A stretch of DNA of 51,052 nucleotides, from assembly GCA_024398315.1 (NCBI GenBank), contig JAKSJH010000001.1:1-51052 (forward strand), given 5' to 3'. The notes beneath the pieces are model-generated. The model was not told where the DNA came from and made no database searches. It saw only the letters and a list, made by a program, of their open reading frames with translations. Position numbers and translations under genes: made by a program. This document shows positions 48,483 to 51,052 of the stretch, piece by piece (position 1 is the first letter of the stretch; each line of letters opens with the position of its first letter). This DNA is from Bacteroidales bacterium (GTDB lineage Bacteria; Bacteroidota; Bacteroidia; Bacteroidales; UBA932).

Positions 48483-51052
48483 ATGCTGCTGAGGCGGTTG
48501 GCATATTCATTGACAGCTTTTCTGGTCTGCGTTTCTTCCTTGTCGGCCCAGGAAAAGGAGAAGACAGACAGCCTTGTCCGCCTTCTTGGCTGCGATGAGC
48601 TCCGTCAGGTGGAGCAGTACGGCCTCAGCTTCCGTCAGGCTCTTGGCCATGCGCGCTTCGAGCACAACTCAACCCTGCTGGTCTGCGACACGGCCATCTG
48701 GAACGTCAACTCCAATGTCATCAACGCCTACGGCAATGTCCGGATTATCCAGAACGAGACTGTACTGAGCAGTGACAGGCTTGACTATGACATCGATGAG
48801 AACCTGGCGAAGTTCAGAGGTACCGTGGTCCAGCTTCAGGACAAGCAGAAGAACACCTTGCGTACGGCCGATCTGGACTACAACACCAAGGACAGTGTCG
48901 CCGTGTTCAGGAACGGGGGTGCGATGAAGGACAAGGACGGCCAGATCATCGAGAGCAAGAAAGGCTCTTACGAGTCCAAGTTCAAGACCTTCATATTCAC
49001 CGGGATGGTGAATATGTACACCGACTCCGTCTTCGTCAAGACGGAGAGGCTTGAGTACAATGCAGAGACATCCATGGCATATTTCGGACATGGTACGAAC
49101 GCATGGAAGGACGATTCCATGCTGTCTTCCGATGCCGGCTGGTACGACAGGGCGAATGAGACGTTCCTGTTCCACAAGAAGGTCCATCTGATGACTCCGA
49201 ACCAGGAGGCGTGGGCGGATTCGCTGAAGTACTACCGGGCCTTCAACAATGCCGAGATGTTCGGAAATGTCGAACTTCTGGACACCACGCGGAACGTGTC
49301 GGCGGTCGCCGGCTACATGCAGTACATAGATTCCCTCCGGTACATGAAGATGGCCAGGGATCCCGCTGTGATAGCCATATCGGAACAGGACGGACAGGTA
49401 GACACGACATATGTCGGTGCGGACACACTTATCTACAGGACAGTGAGGAAGTGCGACATCCCTGACGGTGAGTTCAAGAAGAGCGACAAGCGTCTGGAGG
49501 ACATTAACTCCGATGCGGAGACCGCCTACAGGCGCAATGCGGCCGAAAAGGCCAGGGCGGCCGCCGAGGAAGCGAAGAAGAAAATGCTGGAGTCCGACCC
49601 TAACGCCCTGGGAGCCGCTGACAAGGGCGCCCGCCTCCCGGCCCCATGGGATGAGGTGCCTGATGAGATATTCCCTGAATATGCCCGTCCGCAGAATCCG
49701 CCCGATTCGCTTCTGCCCCAGGCTGACTCCTTGCTTGCCGGCGCTCCCGCCGACTCTCTGATGAACCCTGCTGATTCAACCCTCGCACCAAAGGATACGA
49801 CCGGAGTTGGATTCCTTCAGGGCATCCACAATGTCAAGGTGTTCAGGAAGGACATGCAGGTCGTCTGCGACCTTTTGGAATATAATGACCTGGATTCCCT
49901 TGTGAGGCTCTACGAGAGTCCGCTGGTCTGGAATGAACTTAACCGTCAGTATTCAGCTGACAGCATCACGGTCGTGATCAGGAACAAGGCCCTTGAAAAG
50001 GCCAGCCTCATGTCGGAAGCCTTCATCATCATCAAGGAGGATTCTCTCTGCTTCGACCAGATCAGGGCGGCGGAGATGATGGCATATTTCGATTCTACAG
50101 GCGTCTTGTCCCGGTTCGATGCCATGGGCGGCGCTTCCGGACTCTTCTACATAGAGGAGAACGGCGCTTATGCGACAGTCAACAAGTTCGACTCGAAAAT
50201 GATGACAGCCGTTCTGCGGAACGGTGAAATCGACAATCTGAACTATTTTGAGGATGTCAAGACCAACGCCTACCCGATAGTCCAGCTCGCCGCTGATGAG
50301 AAAGTCCTGAAGGGTTTCCTGTGGCAGCCCGAAAAACGTCCTGAAAAGCCTTCGGACATAACTTCATACACAATGCGGAAGTCCGAGAGGGACAGATTCG
50401 AGGAGGTCAGCCGGCCGGGATTCCTGAACACCGAGACATATTTCCCTGGCTACATGGATGAGGTCCATCGGATGCTTGCTTCGCAGGATTCTCTGAAGAG
50501 GGTCCGGCGGGCTGAACAGAGACTGAGGGAGTCGCAGGAGAAAGCCGCTGCTGACACTCTTGCGTTGACGGCTCCTTCCGAAGAGGAGGTTCCGCCTTCA
50601 GAGCGGCAGGAACCGGCCGCGGATCAGGCATCTGTTCCGAAACCTGCCCATGCCGGTCTTACGGAGAAGAAGACAGTGGCGGACACTTCTACTGTCTCTG
50701 TCGTGGCACCTGTGGAGAATGCCGCCACAATGACTCCTGCTGACAGCCTCAAGGCTCTGAAGCAGCGTGAGAAGGCTGAGCGTATTGCCAGGAACAAGGA
50801 GAAAGTTCAGCAGAGAAAAGATGCGCGTGAGGCCAGATGGGCGGAGAAGGATGCAAAGGATGCTGTAAAAGCTGAAAAGAAGGCCGCCCGGCAGCTTGTC
50901 AGGAGGCGTAAGTCCACTCTGAAGGCCGTTCAGGCCCGCGACCGCCGGGAATCCAAGGAACAGGCCATCATGGACCGCTACATGTCCCGGTTCCAGAAAC
51001 AGAAGGACAACAAGGATGCCAGGGAGGAAGCCCGTCTCAACAAGAAGAAACA
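48483..51052 (+). CDS. OstA/LptA-like beta-jellyroll envelope protein, long form (partial, runs off the window)
   Basis: Missing from the ORF track, consistent with having no stop in the window. ATG 48483 reads MLLRRLAYSLTAFLVCVSSLSAQ (signal), then FEHNSTLLVCDTA, AYGNVRIIQ, LSSDRLDYD. The start, middle and end segments I translated are in one frame (>850 codons). Confidence 0.82.
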   Translation, partial: MLLRRLAYSLTAFLVCVSSLSAQEKEKTDSLVRLLGCDELRQVEQYGLSFRQALGHARFEHNSTLLVCDTAIWNVNSNVINAYGNVRIIQNETVLSSDRLDYDIDENLAKFRGTVVQLQDKQKNTLRTADLDYNTKDSVAVFRNGGAMKDKDGQIIESKKGSYESKFKTFIFTGMVNMYTDSVFVKTERLEYNAETSMAYFGHGTNAWKDDSMLSSDAGWYDRANETFLFHKKVHLMTPNQEAWADSLKYYRAFNNAEMFGNVELLDTTRNVSAVAGYMQYIDSLRYMKMARDPAVIAISEQDGQVDTTYVGADTLIYRTVRKCDIPDGEFKKSDKRLEDINSDAETAYRRNAAEKARAAAEEAKKKMLESDPNALGAADKGARLPAPWDEVPDEIFPEYARPQNPPDSLLPQADSLLAGAPADSLMNPADSTLAPKDTTGVGFLQGIHNVKVFRKDMQVVCDLLEYNDLDSLVRLYESPLVWNELNRQYSADSITVVIRNKALEKASLMSEAFIIIKEDSLCFDQIRAAEMMAYFDSTGVLSRFDAMGGASGLFYIEENGAYATVNKFDSKMMTAVLRNGEIDNLNYFEDVKTNAYPIVQLAADEKVLKGFLWQPEKRPEKPSDITSYTMRKSERDRFEEVSRPGFLNTETYFPGYMDEVHRMLASQDSLKRVRRAEQRLRESQEKAAADTLALTAPSEEEVPPSERQEPAADQASVPKPAHAGLTEKKTVADTSTVSVVAPVENAATMTPADSLKALKQREKAERIARNKEKVQQRKDAREARWAEKDAKDAVKAEKKAARQLVRRRKSTLKAVQARDRRESKEQAIMDRYMSRFQKQKDNKDAREEARLNKKK

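Overview
Chromosomal, mostly core-genome window from a GC-rich Bacteroidota (Bacteroidales-like) bacterium. The assignment rests on gene content, A-rich start contexts without Shine-Dalgarno sites, and recurring TAnnTTTG (-7) promoter boxes. About 42 CDS are supported. A minus-strand block holds NUDIX, queA, dprA, tatD, asparaginase, exbB-orf-exbD-exbD, asnS, tonB, a DUF3352-like protein, an acyl-CoA ligase and dCMP deaminase. It is followed by pyrE-SRPBCC-rsmF-like-[frameshifted TPR gene]-lolE-like, a porin and a lytic transglycosylase. Next come a five-gene glycogen operon ending in a GT3 synthase-GT35 phosphorylase fusion plus ribF, then fucI-fucP, greA-HIT-TlpA-like-DUF1080, a GH99-like protein, NlpC/P60, a radical SAM gene, and guaB-PPIase-surA-OstA-like (runs off the end). 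I saw no rRNA, tRNA, CRISPR array, prophage or transposase. The most notable signals are: (1) a 162-bp fully fold-back MITE-like element with a TTA target duplication inside the greA leader, with end remnants in three consecutive spacers around dprA/queA; (2) an attenuator-like hairpin in the greA leader; (3) an in-frame internal start with a strong Bacteroidota initiation context at the synthase-phosphorylase junction, which could give two proteins from one gene; (4) dense D-(S/T)-hydrophobic O-glycosylation-motif segments in envelope proteins. All family calls are from motif recognition by eye; no searches were run.
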